DNA of 64,000 nucleotides, from positions 15,190,001-15,254,000 of the forward strand of contig JBHGNT010000005.1 of the NCBI GenBank assembly GCA_043228905.1, written 5' to 3'. Origin of the DNA: Azolla caroliniana (Eukaryota; Plantae; Polypodiophyta). The position numbers and the translations under genes are program-made. Positions 12,573 to 26,796 of this stretch are shown piece by piece; position 1 is the stretch's first letter; the number at the start of each line of letters is the position of its first letter. The notes beneath the pieces were generated by a model. That model saw only the letters and a program-made list of their open reading frames with translations. It searched no databases and had not been told where the DNA came from.

Positions 12573-13110
12573 TTGAGTTAGCCCGATCCATTTCCGGAAC
12601 CGCATCCTTCTAGTCCTTCCGCGTAGTGCGAGCTTTGCGGCTTCCCCATCCAACCTTGCCAGATCCGGACTTGTCTGAATCGGCATGCTTTTTCCAACAC
12701 TCGCTCTCCCTGTGGCCCTTCCAGCCATAGTACCAACATTCTGTTGCGGTCTTCTCTTGCCGGTTTCTGGCGCCGCCTTGACTCCCCTTGCTTCCGGAGA
12801 GTCCGGAACTGTTATCGACACCATCCTTGTGCGGTCAGTTCAACTCTTGTCGGCCGCTTCCACTGCATGCCGATCCGCCTCTTCCACCACGACCACGGCG
12901 CCAATGTGCCTTTGTGTACAACATCTTGTTGTCGGTGTATGTGCTCGTTGACGCGCCCATGAAGTTCTCCTCTACTAGGAGCATAGATTGTAAGTAAAAA
13001 AACGAGGGCGTATTCTCCCTTGTACAGATCGCCGTCCGGAATGCTCTGAACTTCGACGTCAGGCCCCTGAGACAGACCTGCACCATCTCATCTTCCTGGA
13101 CAGTCACGTA
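12573..13110 (-). pseudogene. Copia gag fragment (UBN2-like region and zinc knuckle)
   Basis: TVQEDEMVQVCLRGL...LQSMLLVEE and a CWYxGxKGHRESEC knuckle; homologous to 29080-29560. Confidence 0.8.
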
Positions 13111-16100
13111 TAGTGCCTTTCGGCGTCAGATCGTTGCATGAGTCGGGTGGGAACCGTTGGGGTTTTGGACTAGGAGGAGGAGAGTTTTAAGGCTATTAAA
13201 AATATAAATAGATTATAATAAAAAGATATAGGAATTCGTGAATCCCACGAAAATAGTGATCTAGTTTAACTTAATATTTAAAATCATAGTAATAAATTAA
13301 AATTGTTTAGAGTGCATTAGAGTAGATTGAGAAAAGAGATCAAGACTTGTGAATCCCACAAGTATTATATTAATCAATATTTAGAACATAATAAAAAACC
13401 CAAGAATAAACAACCTTATTACAATTTGCTCCCCATCCTTATATAGTGATGAGAGAGTCTTCGCAATCCATGCTTTTTCTATCTATAGATTATATGCTTT
13501 CTCTAACATGCTTTTTCTAACCTCATGCGTTTTTCATTGACTATTGTGTTTATGCACGCTAGATGTGCATGCGTAGCTTTTTTCTATCATGCGTATTTCT
13601 TCTAACTAAAGTTTTTTTTATAGAAAATATTCATGAACTTACCTTTCTATGTGGGATATCCATTTATTTAACACTCATTATGTGTTAGTGTAATGGTAAG
13701 ACTTTAATTTATTAACATGGAGGTGCAATGTTCAGAACTTGCCCTATGCATGTAACATGTATTCTCATAACTTTTATTCGTTTTCTTCATATTTATTTAA
13801 TCGGGTACTTTATTCGTTTTTAACATAGTGTACGAAATACACTACGACACTCACCCCCTCTGAACCCGCACATCCTTCGGAATGTGCCAAAGTTGCCGAT
13901 GCTTGTTATTCTCCTTCATCCGTAATACCCTTTGTTTCTTCCCCTATGTCAATTATTAAATCCAACTCATTTTGCTCACTTTCTGCACCTTCAGGATTTT
14001 TATTTGATTGCTCCATTGTGTTGGGTTTGTCTAAGACTTTGTAGGGTTCATTGTTAATTTGCTTCTTGAAAATCTTCACCCGCTTCCCTGCTATAGGCAC
14101 TTGAAGAATTGTTCCATCTAGCTCACTTAGCCGGTAAGTTTCGTTGTCGAATGCTTTTCGAAATTCCTATGGTCCGAACCAGCTTTTAACAAATTTCCGT
14201 GTTGAGCTATGTTGATGATCCAGACTACTGTGGTAGACTATCACCCAATCCCCTTGTTCAATCTTCCATGGTCGAAGTCAATGCTTTTTATCGAATCGAT
14301 GTTTGTTCTGAAATCACGCTTCTTGTTGTCGGTGCACCACTTCCGCTATGTCTTCTGGTCTTCCTTCTAGTTGTCATATCCGAACCGTCAACAGTTCTTC
14401 CCAACTCATCCGGTCATAAGTTCCGCTGGCATTATTGAAGGTTGTCCGGTCATAAGTTCCGTTGGCATATATCTGGTCACGGAACTATGTGTTGTGCGAT
14501 CTGCCCATAGTGCATACGGAAGCATTTGCGGCCAATTCTTCACCCTCCCATCGCACGCTTTTGCAAGTGCTTTCATGATTGAACTATGTCCTCGTTCAAT
14601 CTTCCCGTTTGGTTCTAGGTTGTATCCCATGGTTAGTGTCAGTTGTACTCCATGTTTAGCAAAGAATTCCCTAGCTTTATTAGAGTAAAGTTCTCCCCGA
14701 TCTGCAATCACTTGTCCTACGCACCGGTACCTGCAGAGCACTTCTTCCAGGAGAAATTGGCATACTGCAGAACATGTTTTTCTACGTAGCGCCCGACCTT
14801 CTACTTGGTTCGTCAGATCCTCTCGAGCTAGCACCAAATACTTCATTTGCCCGATCCCGGTTGGCATGGCACGATGTCGACCATCCATTTAAAGTTGATT
14901 GTCGATGAGAATGTCGGATGTAATTCGTCCCGATGTCGAACTCCGGAGTAGATTTGACATTTCTCATAGCTTACGGTGAACTCCGCTACATCCTTGTACA
15001 TGTTCTTCCACCAATATTTTGGCTTGATCTTTGCAAATGTTTCCCATGTTCCCCGATGTCCAACCCAATCGGATTCGTGAAATTCAGATATTACTTGTTT
15101 CTGTTGTTCGTTTGTGCCTACTACCCCGAGTGGTATACCATCCGTTCTTTTCGGCTCCCTCCAAATTAATCCATTGATCAAGAAGAACTTTCGAACTTGT
15201 CGTTTCTTCCTTCGGATCTCGGCTCTCTTTTCTTTATTGTCAAATGATTTCTCGATTTCTTGTAGCACTTTCCCGATCAGTAAGTTTTCCCCCTCATATT
15301 TGTCTTCCCGAAACTCCCGAATCCTGTTCACCCGGCATATGTGTTCCGAAGTAAAGTAGTCTTCGGAAACTTCTTCATTATCTGATTCGACTATGTCATC
15401 TTCGAACCGGGCCTTTGATAACATATTTGGTACCGGGTTGTCTTTTCCCGAGATGTGTCGAACCTCTGGATTAAGTGACTTTACATATGCAATCCATCTT
15501 AGCATAGCAACATCTGGTCCCATGCAACATCGCATCATCCCGAGTATTGGAAGACAATATGTTTTGATCACTACTTTGGCTCCGATCAAATAATCTCGAT
15601 CCGATTTTAATGCCGACACAACTAGCCTTAATTCTCTTTTAACTTGTGCATATCCACGTTGCCTTTCGTTGAGAACCTTTGCTCCGAATTGAATCGCGTA
15701 TCGTGAACCATCCGAGTCGATTTGGTTGATGACCCATCCGATCCCGGGTGGACTTGTATCAACCGTCATTATGATCGGTCGGTCATAGTTCGACTTCTTA
15801 AGTGATTCAACTCCACGTAGTGTTTTCTTGAGCTTCTTTATGGCTTTGGTATGTTCCGGTCTCCATTCAAACTTCTTACCCTTCCGCAGCAAGTGATAGT
15901 GGGTCCGGAATGTGTGCATAGTGTGGAATAAATATGTGATAAAATGCACCTGCACCAAGGAATCTATGGACTTCAGATTGTGAATCGCATATTTCTTTCA
16001 TAGCTTGAACTACATCGATCTTGATTGGTGACGGTCTTCGATCGTAGGGCCCAAATAGATGTCCGACTACCAATATCTCTTCTTGTCCGAATGTCGATTT

Positions 16101-16478
16101 CTCTCCGGAGCGTGTTAAGTGCAAATCTTCTAACCTCTGTAGCACTTTCTCACAATCCTGAATATAGTCGACTATAAACTTTCGGCATCTCCAATCATCC
16201 TTAGTCTAATTCTTTTCTTCCACCGCACATCCTTTCATCGGAATGTCATCTAAGAACAACATCGTTATCTTTGGAATGTAGTCTCGGAGCACCTCGTTCA
16301 TCGCATTCATCATATGTGTGACCGAGTTCGTCGCTCGTTGTGGTAGCATACACATCCGGACTAATCCTATCGGTGTCCGCATTGTGGTCATATCTCGGCT
16401 CTTCACGGCTAGTTGGAATTGGTTATACCCGGAGTATAGGTCTCCGATGGAGTATATCACCGTCCGGCAAACGCTTCC

Positions 16479-16822
16479 GCAAATTCATCCACTATCGGAC
16501 CGACTCCGGAGCTCTGGATCGTGACCTTGTTCACCGGTTGCAAATCTTGAATAAACCAGAGTGACCCATTCTTCTTCGGAACCGTAAACCATCGATTTGA
16601 GTACGGAGCATTTGATGGCTCGAGAATCCCCATCGCCACCTTATCCTTGAGCAAATTCATCCACTATCGGACCGACTCCGGAGTTCCGGATCGTGACCTT
16701 GTTCACCGGTTGCAAATCTTGAATAAACCAGAGTGACACATTCTTCTTTAGAACCATAAACCATCGATTTGAGTATGGAGCATTTGATGGCTCTAGAATC
16801 CCCATCGCCAACTTATCCTTGA
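16479..16822. repeat. 172-bp tandem duplication within RT
   Basis: GCAAATTCATCCACTATCGG starts at both 16479 and 16651; GCAA microhomology at the junction. Confidence 0.9.
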
Positions 16823-17520
16823 GCAAGTCAATAATTTTCGGAATTGCACCCGTGGCACCAGAATCAGCTTCAGGTTCCACGACACATGTTCTATCGTGAA
16901 GATCACCATTGGCTCCACTTTCTTCGGATCGACGCACCCTATCTCCGAGAGATCACACTTGTTTCACTCCGAGAGTTTTCTTCCTATGTGGGGTATCAGG
17001 GCTTCTCGGACTATCACTTCCCCACTCCGCAATAGTCTGCTTTAAAAATCCATTTTTTTTTGGGACAAGAGCTCTCTCTTGTTCCTTTCGTGATTCGATG
17101 GCACAATTAGGAATTGGACGGTTTTTGTTGGCCGGTCAGAAGAGCAAGGACAAGTGGGAAGGCGGAGTCGGATCGGATAATAGGAAGTAAATAATAGTAT
17201 ATTTATTATTCGGAGGGACAGATCCGGTACAGTGGTACCGATCCGGATCCGCACCGATTCGGATGCTGGTTGCCTAAGCGCACCGATTGTAACCTTGCCG
17301 GATGCCTATAAAAGGATCCGATGATTTGTAAATGCTTTACGGAAGTAATACAATTATACTTATTGCGTGTTTATCGTTGTCTTTGTATTGTTTTACCGTC
17401 TGTGCTTAGTGTAATCATCTTACGCGTGTAACCTAGCATCCAATCCTTACCACCCCTTTGGAGAAGTGTCGGATAGACACCTGTGTTGAGGCTAGTCCGG
17501 CCAGGCATACAACACTATTT

Positions 17521-17530
17521 TGGCGACCAC
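17521..17530 (+). promoter_or_regulatory. Primer-binding site, tRNA-Arg(TCG)-like
   Basis: TGGCGACCAC lies 6 nt after the 5' LTR and is identical in element C (59074-59083, minus). Complementary to the recalled 3' end ...GUGGUCGCCA. Confidence 0.75.
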
Positions 17531-17566
17531 GATTCCTGCAAAGTGCAGAGGACAACCGAGGGATGG

Positions 17567-20500
17567 ATGTCTAGACCAAACGACGACCACATCACCGAAT
17601 GAGGGAGACGATACACCGAACGAGAGCAACGACGGGAAGCCCTGCAGCAAGCCGTCGACGAGATCCGGCGAGATCGGTCATTCTCCAGAACTCTTCGGAG
17701 AGTCGTAGAAGAAGCACTGCAGTTCCGGGTTCCGCAAGTTCCCGACGAAGGCAGTAGCATAACAAGCCTGCAAGAGGCGGAAACGATACTACAGACGCTC
17801 GCCGGTGGCGACAGGGACTCGGAAGCAGTCGCAACACTCGAGGCGGAGTCGGAAAGCGACAGAAGCGTTGCGTCCCGGTATAAAAGCAGCCACGACACAC
17901 CAAACGACCCGGGGGAAGAGGAGTCGGAAGACTCAGTAACACTGGAGCCAGAGGAAGAAATAACCTTGGAGTTTGGTGACCGGCAATCGCCGAGGGAGGC
18001 TGACCGGATACCGACAACACCCGCGAAGGAACCGAAGGACCGGACACCGACAACAACCGCGGAGGAACCGAAGGAGCGGATACCGACAACAGCCGCGAAG
18101 GAACTGAAGGAGCGGATACCGACACCAACCGCGGAGGAACCGAAGGTTCTCACACCGACGCCAACAGCGGACAGAGAGCGGAGAGAGCAGGAGAGTCAGT
18201 TGGACGACACGATGCCGTACCCATACCCAAAGTACCGGGATGAGCCCGACGCGGAGGCACACGTGTACGCATTCCTCCAAACATGGGAAGCCAACCATGT
18301 TTCCCAAAGACTGACGGAGCCCGAAGCCGAACGATCCAAAGTCGCTGAATTCGGCATGACCTTAGAAGGACCGGCGGCCCGATGGCACGCAAAGCACTTA
18401 CCAGGCAGCTTTGCCACATTCGATGCCTTGAAGGCCAAATTCCTCAGGCTTTTTCATAGACAAGTTGAGCAAAGGGAATTGGTCGGGCAGTTCTACACCA
18501 CCCGGTAGGAAGAGAACGAGACTGTGCCACAATTCATCATTCAGTTTCAGACCCTGCACAGCCAACTGACGAGAGCACCACCTGAAGACGAAGCCAAAGC
18601 AGTCTTTTTGGCCGCGCTAAAAGAGCCACTTCGAACGATGTGCGGAGTCCTTGATTTCCGCACCAGCACAATGGACCAAGTTATTGATCGGGTCTTAGAA
18701 ATGGACAAGACTAGCTCCTTCTTGTCGATGGGGATGTTACACCGGGCACTCCCGAAGGAGGAAGACCTGAGGTTCCGACAGGCCTTACAATGCACAACAT
18801 GCCTAAATTCGGGCCACTCAACGGTAGACTGGAACCTGCGGACACAATGTATGATTTGCAACTCTCGAGCCCATACAACGGACCGATGCGAATATAACTT
18901 GTTAAATCGGCAGGCAGCACCGCTTTGACACATAGAACCGCGCAATCAGGACCTGGATGAGGATCGATTCCGGAGAGACGGCTGCTACCAACGCGAACGC
19001 GGTACAGATACGCTGATAGAAGACGCGATAACTATGACCAAGAGGAGAAACGCAGAGATAGCTACCCCCGGGACCGGTACGATCGAGACGAATCCCCGGA
19101 ATACGAATGACGCAGAGAAGAGAGACGACAAGGGAACCGGAATTTCCGACGGAATTAGAAGCGTGGATTTTTCCGAAGAGAGGAACGTCGGGAGGCAGCA
19201 AGGAATGACAACCCGGTATCGGTACCAGATAACCGAAAAACCGAAGACGACCGCCGAAGTATACCCACCCCCCAAACCGGGGACAAAGGAGAAACGAGCA
19301 ACAGTCACAAGGTGTACTGTTATTACTGCCGTAAGGAGGGCCATTATAGTAACCAATGCCCAAGCAAAACCAATGACAAGCAGCCGGCAGTCAACATGGT
19401 TACAGCCGAAATAACGGAAGTGCAGCAGGTCATAACCCGGTCAAAGGGGAAGGCCGCCGAGTGGGAAGCCCAGGAGGCAATCAGAAAACAAGCGGCGCAA
19501 TGGATCAAGAAGGCCAATGAACAGAATGCGGCAGAAGTAAGAGACCAAAATATGCCAAAGGACGAAGAAATCATACAGCCAGGAGAAAACCCGACGTGGC
19601 AAGCGCTCCAGGACTGTCAAATCGTGCTGCCGTTAGCACGGCTACTACAGTTGGTGCCACGGTTTACGGCAGACATACAGGCATCCGTGAGCAAACCGAA
19701 GCCGATGCCAGCACCGGCATTCTTCTCCAACCCGGAGGAAGGACCAGCTGTGGTTGATACAAGTAGCCCGGCGATCACGACAATCGTGAAAGGAAAGGAA
19801 ATTTCCGGAACAATTATTGACGGAGGCTCCGGGGTAAATGTCATCAGCCGACAGACATGCGACAACCTGGGCATCCGGGAATGGGAACCATGCCCCTTCT
19901 GGTTACGCATGGCGGATACCAGCTCAGTCCGACCGACCGGGCTTATCCGGGATTTGGAAGTAACGATCGGAGGCCACGTATTCCGGATATCGGCCGTGGT
20001 GCTGCAGCTAAATGTACAAGGCGCGTACCCCCTACTGCTAGGACAACCATGGCTGCGAACGGCGCATATCAAGCAGAATTGGCAAAAGAACATGATCACA
20101 TTCCGGCGAGGGAAAACAAAGGTACGAGTAGCGACGCAACCACGGGTGATCGCCAGTAAGGAAGCAACTCCATTGTATGCGGAAAGCATCAACATGTTGG
20201 AGGGATTACCGGACGGGAAGTCGATCGGTACCTCGAGGAACACCCACGAATCGTCCCACTATTTGAGGTGGATATCACGGCGGCAGTAGAACCGTACATC
20301 ACGACGCCGGACGAACCAGACCAAGCGGCGATCCGGGAACTGCGACAAGCGCAGGAATCCCTAGAGAGGGAGATGACGATATCCTAGAGGGTAAAAGCAT
20401 CCCAACTAGAGGAGGTGGACCTCGGCACAACAGACAAGCCCCGACTGCTAAATGTCGCAAAGGAATTGCCGAAGGAAGAAAAGAAGGCAATGGTAGCATT

Positions 20501-23410
20501 ATTAACAAACTTCAAGGATGTGTTCGCGTGGTCATACGAAGACATGTGAGGGCTGGACCCCCAGCTCTATCAGCACCAAATTCACCTAAGTACGGACGCG
20601 AAACCGATCGCTCAACGCAGGTACCGGATGAATCCGAATTATGCAGCGAAGGTGAAGGAGGAGATTGATAAGCTCCTCCGGGTCGGATTTATCCGACCGG
20701 TCAAGCAGGCAACCTGGCTGAGTCCGATAGTGGTGGTCCCGAAAAAGAACGGCAAAATCCGGGTATGTGTGGACTACCGGAAACTAAATGCCGCAACGGT
20801 GACCGACGCGTTTCCACTACCATTTATGGACGGGGTGTTAGATGCGGTAGCCGGCCACGAAGTTTACAGCTTCCTGGATGGATTTAGCGGTTACAACCAA
20901 ATACGAATGAACTCGGCCGACCAGGAGAAGACAACGTTCGTTACGGAATGGGGAGTGTTCGTCGCGGTCGTGATGATGTTCGGACTAAAGACGGCCCCAA
21001 CGACCTTTCAAAGGATAATAATGGAAATTTTCGGGGAATATATCCCCAGTTTTATGCAGGTCTTCCTTGACGATTTTGCGGTCTACAGCCGGCACGGAGA
21101 GCATCTTGATCACCTCCGGCTGTGCTTAGAGAAGTGCCGCGAGTACCGGTTGAGTCTGAACCCGGCCAAGTGCGTCTTTGGAGTGGCAAGCGGCAACTTG
21201 CTAGGGCACGTGGTGAGTAAGGAAGGAATCGCGGTAGATCCGGATAAAGTAAAGGCGATTCTTGAGGCACCAACACCAAATAACGCAAAGGCTTTAAGGC
21301 GGTTCCTGGGCCAAATAAGGTGGCATAGCCGGATGATACGGCACCTCGCAGACTTCGCTACACCATTGCATGCCGCCGTACACAGGGTACCCTTCCTATG
21401 GGCAGAGACGGAGGAGAAAGCCTACCAAGCGCTGAAGGTTATGCTGTCACAAGCTCCGGTGGTGCAACCGCCGGATTGGAGTAAAAGCTTTCACGTCTTC
21501 GTCGACGCGTTGGATGTAGCAATCGGCAACGTTCTGATGCAACTCACGGAGCCGAAATGGTACCGGCCGATGTACTACGCAAGCCGGAAACTCTCAAAAG
21601 CCGAACGGAACTACTCTACGACGGAACGAGAGGCATTAGGAATGGTGTATAGTGTCACAAAGTACAGGAACTATCTGCTCGGAAGGAAGTTTTCCTTCCA
21701 TGTCGACTATTCGGCACTACTCTACCTGGTCTCGAAGGCATCCCTGACGGGAAAAATTGCACGATGGACACTGCTGTTACAGGAATTTGAATTCGACATT
21801 TTCCACCGACCCGGGGCGCAGCATGCGGTAGCGGACCACCTAAGCAGACTCGAATCCGGAGAAGCAGGGGACGGCGTAGAGGATGAGTTCCCCGGTGCCG
21901 AGTTGTTCCGGATCACGACGGAACCGGCAACGGATGCAACGGTAGCCGATGAAGACAAGTGGCTAACCGAGATGCATCAGTTCCTGAGCACCGGAGTTCC
22001 CCCGGAGAACATGGACCGCGATGAAAGGAAAAGGGTAGCAGTAAGAAGCAGACATTTCTGCTTGGTTGGAGACACCCTCTATCACAAGGGGGCAGATGGC
22101 ATCTGGAGACGAGCAGTGCGGAGCGATGAGAAGGATCTAATCCTCAGGGAAGCCCACTGTGGAATTGCCGGCGGGCATTATGCCGGCGACGCAATCGCTC
22201 GGAAAATATGGCAGAGCGGACTGTGGTGGCCCACCACCCTAAAAGATGTCGTGAAGTATAGCAGAGAATACGATTTGTGTCAACGACTGGGCCAACCCAT
22301 GGAGCAGGCCCGGATGCCACACCACCCGGTCTTGCCATTGGACCATTTCAAAAGTGGGGTTTGGACTTTGTCGGTCCCTTCAAGCCACCGGCAATGCGAA
22401 CCGGAAATCGGTATGTCATAGTGGTGACCGACTATTGCACCAAATGGGTGGAAGCGAAGGCCTTACGGGACAACACGGCCGCTTCCACGGCAAAGTTCCT
22501 GTACGAGTGCATATGGTGCCGGTATGGATGCCCGATCGAGCTTATAAGTGACCAAGGAGGACACTTTCTCGGGTAGGTAGTAGAAAGCCTGACGTCATTT
22601 TACGCGGTGGTACATAAAAGGAGTACTCCCTAGTACCCTCAAGCCAATGGACTAGCGGAATCGACGAACAAAACTCTGCAGAACATCCTACGAAAAATCG
22701 TCAACGAGAACCGGACTAACTGGGATATGAAATTGCAGAGCGCGCTATGGGCGTACCGAACAACGTACAAAACCAGCATCCGGACAACCCCGTTCCAACT
22801 AGCATTCGGCTTAGAAGCGGTCATGCCGGTAAAGTTCCAGATCCCCAGCTTACGGATCCAAGTAAAGGAGCGCTTAAGTGAGAAGGAGTCCGAACGAATC
22901 CTGCTGGCGACGTTGTTGGAACTAGAAGAAAACCGAATAGCCAGCTTACTACAACTCGAACTGGAGCAAAGGAGGAGAAAAGCTTTCGTGGACCGACACC
23001 GGCGTGGCAACGAAAAGGAGTTCGAAGTCGGAAAACCGGTGCTACTGTTCTAGACACGGATGGGGAACATGCCGGGAAAGTTGCGGTTTCGGTGAACCGG
23101 ACCGTTCTGGATCACCAAGGAGTACAATGGGTCGTATCAGCTCGGCACGTTGTCTGGAGAAGTCATCGGTAAGTGGGCAAATGGGTTTCGGCTAAAGCCG
23201 TATAAGGGACATATGCCAGCCAACCCGTTCAAGTAAGACCCGGAAATCCGGCACGATGAGGAACTGACACCGACAGACGCTGCTGCAGAAATCCAAACCG
23301 AGGAAGAACCGACACCGATACCGACAAAGACTATCCCAGAAAACCGACAGAAGGAGATTCCGGTATCAGCGCGAACCGACCCGAACAAATCGGGCGGGAC
23401 CGGAAAATGA
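17567..23410 (+). pseudogene. gag-pol polyprotein of element A (premature stops, frameshifts)
   Basis: Retrotrans_gag region (LEGPAARW), CCHC knuckles, IIDGGSGVN, FLDGFSGYNQI, FLDDF, NYSTTEREAL, HAVADHLSRL, GGHY...C, WGLDFVGP, ANGLAESTNK. Confidence 0.9.
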
Positions 23411-23868
23411 CGTGGTCCAAAAATAAAAATAAAAATAAAAATAAAAATCAAAGTAATGATGATGGGGAGATCACAAGAGGTGGGAGCGCCACCATTCAAT
23501 GAAGAGGCGCCATGAAGTAAAGGAGGACGTGCGTGTACTTGCTATTTAAAGCATAGAACGTGGGCACCGACGTACGAGGTATTATGCACGCGCGGCAATC
23601 AAGAGAAGAATTGCTAATGATGACAGGAGATATGCACACGCGGCAACCAAGAAAGGACATACTAATTATGGCGGGAGATAGACATGCGCGGGAACCGAAA
23701 AACGGCGGCTCGAGGCAAAAGCCACTATATAAAACACAGGCCTGCGAAGGACTTACTTTTTACGAATTTTCCTACACACAGGCGCAGAAGCACAGAAGAG
23801 CGATCCGACGCACAAAGCACACACATCCCGATCCCGAACAACAGACAACAGAAGAAGAATCCGAACCA

Positions 23869-26796
23869 ATGGCACTGTCGGAAGAGGCACGCCAATGGAT
23901 GATAGAGAACAGGTTAGAAGGATTGCTACGGATCACCGACGCTCCACCACACGCAGAACCGGAGTAGGCGGCAGCATCGCTTGATTTATCAGAAGTCACG
24001 GAAGGAGCGGTGCAGGCGCTCACGGGGATAAAAGCAGGAGGACTTCAAACGATCGAAAACCCTTCAAGTCAAATCCTGTTCGAATATTTCGGTGAGTATT
24101 CCATCAGTAGCAAGGCGTACCGAACACAGGGCGGAGAGAACCTGTTATTCGGAGAAGTGGCCCGCGCCATGATGGAGTACGGATTCGTGAATTCTCGTGC
24201 CCCGGCCATAGCCAGGTACCGGGCAGCATTCGTAATTGCAACATACGAAGGATTACAAGTGGACTGGCTCCATTTCATAACCGAAGGATTGAAGGAGGCC
24301 ATCAAGAACCTTGTGGAAGGAAAAAAGCCATGGGCCGGGATAGCACAATGGCTAACGGTGTTAGTCCCACTGGTGCTCCCCATCAAACAAAAGAAAAGAG
24401 GTCGGCAGGAGACGACGCCGAAAAAGGTCACAAAGCGCCGACAGATCCTGGAGAAACACACCCCCGGATGGACCCAGGAAGAAGCAGAACAACGGGAGGA
24501 AGGACCATCCCGACAACAACAGGAACCAGCAACAAAGGCAAAACCGGCAGGAAAAGGCAAAGGAAAACCGGCGAGGAAGACCAACAAGGAACCGGCCGAG
24601 GAAGAACCGGTAGCGCTCAAACCAATCAATATAACGCTGCAACGGCCGGAACCGGAACTGGAACCAGAGGTAGCCGCACCGGAGGAGGAAGCTGAGACGG
24701 AAGAAGACTCATCCGAACCACTGGTAAGACTCCCAGCAAGACAAGGTCGGGAGAGACGGGCGAGAGGACCGGCTCCACCAGTTGACAGAACTCAGCAGAG
24801 GGCACAAGGACCACCTCCAGTAGCCGGGGCGGAAGCAGTACCGGAACCCGCACCGAGGGAAGCAATACCGGAACCGGTTTTGCCGGACTTCAGAGAACCG
24901 GTCATTCCGGAGAAGAGGAAGGAACAAGCACCGGAGCCAGAGAAAAGATCGGAAAAACAGCCTGAGTTAAGAAGTAGAAGTGAGCAATGCTACTCCGACA
25001 CAGGAAACACAAAGCCACAATGGCTGAGATGGCTTTCGGAGCAGGTGTCGGGAGTAGCGGACCAGTTAGAGGAAGAAGAAACGCGTAGGCAACACCTGAC
25101 GCATACAACAACCCAGGAGTTGGTCGCACTCCGAACACAGATCCAGGAGTTGCAAGGGGAGTTGTTGCAGGCGAGGGAAATAATTCAACAAGCACAAGTT
25201 GTCACCGAGCCGGTCGGGACAACAAGGAAGCAACCAGAACCGGAACCGGAACCGGTAGCCTTGCAAACCGGCCCTGAGACCGAAAAAATAATAGAAACCT
25301 TGCGAGAGGAGTTAAAAGCTCAGGAGGCATTAAGGGACAAAGAAAGGGAGCAGCGGAAAGCGGTGGAGGACGACAGACGAAGAATGGAAGAAGGCCTCCG
25401 GAAAGGCCGAGCCACTAATGACCGACTGCAAGAAGAAAAAGAAAAGCTGCAAAAGGAGAAGGACCGACTACGTCGACAGGCTGAGCAGGAGATAGAGTGA
25501 CTGCAGGAAGAACTCCGACTACAGAAGGACCAGGACGACCGGTTAAGAGCTCAGGTGAGCCGACGCCTGAAGCAGAAGACGGAGGACTTCGACCGACTCT
25601 ACCGAGATCACAAGCAGGCCGAGTCGGACAACAAGAAACGGGGAGCAGACTACGACCGGCAAATAGAGAAGCTAAAAGAACAACTCAAAGAGACCCGATT
25701 GGACCTGGCTAAGACAATGGACGAGGTCAGTACCAAAAAGGAAGCATTGTCGGCGGAAATAACCCAAGCGACGGAGAGGAAGGAATTAGAGGCGCTAAGG
25801 CGGGAAAAGCTGGATCTGACCAAGATCCGGAATGAAGAAAAGGAAAGATCGACCTTCACGCTCAACAAACTGCAAAGTGCCTATGAAAAGCAGAGAGCGG
25901 ATTACGAAGCCCAGGCTAAGATAATGGCCGACATTATAAAACGGGCAAGGAAGGAAAAGCAAGAAGCTTATGCGCATGCTAAAGCAGGGGTTGACCGGAT
26001 CAAGCTCATCATGTCATGTTGGAGTACCTGAGCTCAGGCAAGCATCAACAAAAGTACGGAAAAGCTATGGAAGGAGTGGTCACAACAGGCAGTCGAGCTG
26101 CAGACACTCCGAGTTGATGCCGAGAATCGGAGGAAGACCGGTGACAAGTTCTACAAGATGGATGAAGAAAGTATCGTCGCCATTCGGGAAGAATTATCGG
26201 AGGATTTCTACGCTTTAGCGGAAGAACATCTCAAAGAAATCTGAGGGTTGGTAGAGAGGTTGGATGACGGGCAGCTCGCAACTCAGTTGGAGTTGGAGAA
26301 ATACGAGCAGGACCGGTTACGACAGGAAGCCGAGGGAAGAACGATGCCAATCACTATAAGTGAGGGAGAGCGACCGGCTAAAGCTGAACCAACCGACACC
26401 GAACAACCCCGACAAGGAATACCCGAAGAAGAACTTCCGGTCCAAGAAAATCAAGAAGAGCAGGTGCAGACCGATGCCGGGGAAGAAGAAGAGCTGAGAC
26501 CGGAAAACACCGGAGCAGAGGAAGAAGACGCACCGAACCAACCAGTCGAGACCGGAGAAAGAGACACTGGTAACAGAACAGAGCCTGGAATGGAGGAAGA
26601 ACAGGAAGAACCCGGACGGAGCGGTGAGGAAGCACCGGCACCACAGAATCAAGCAGAGCCGGAGCAACAAATTTTTACGGAACAGCCAACCCAACCGGAG
26701 GTCGGAGACCAGGCAGGCAAGGAATAGGAATTGGAGGAAGAGGCACCACTTGACACCTTCGAGCGGAGTTTGCTCGATATTTTGGAGGAAGACTGA
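23869..26796 (+). pseudogene. Extra ORF downstream of pol (~975 codons, one frame, 5 internal stops): globular N-terminus and long coiled coil
   Basis: ORF-track pieces 24010, 25555 and 26248 share the frame of ATG 23869; the stops are TAG/TGA, consistent with transitions; TATATAAAA at 23726-23734; homologs in elements C and O. Confidence 0.8.

Noticed and set aside
17998-18165. CRISPR-like or regulatory repeat array
   Set aside because: These are 36-bp in-frame coding repeats (PKERIPTTTAEE-like) in the gag N-terminus, with no unique spacers.
18929-19312. Programmed gag-pol frameshift in element A
   Set aside because: The sister element C reads through the same region in frame, so A has a private 1-nt deletion near 18995.
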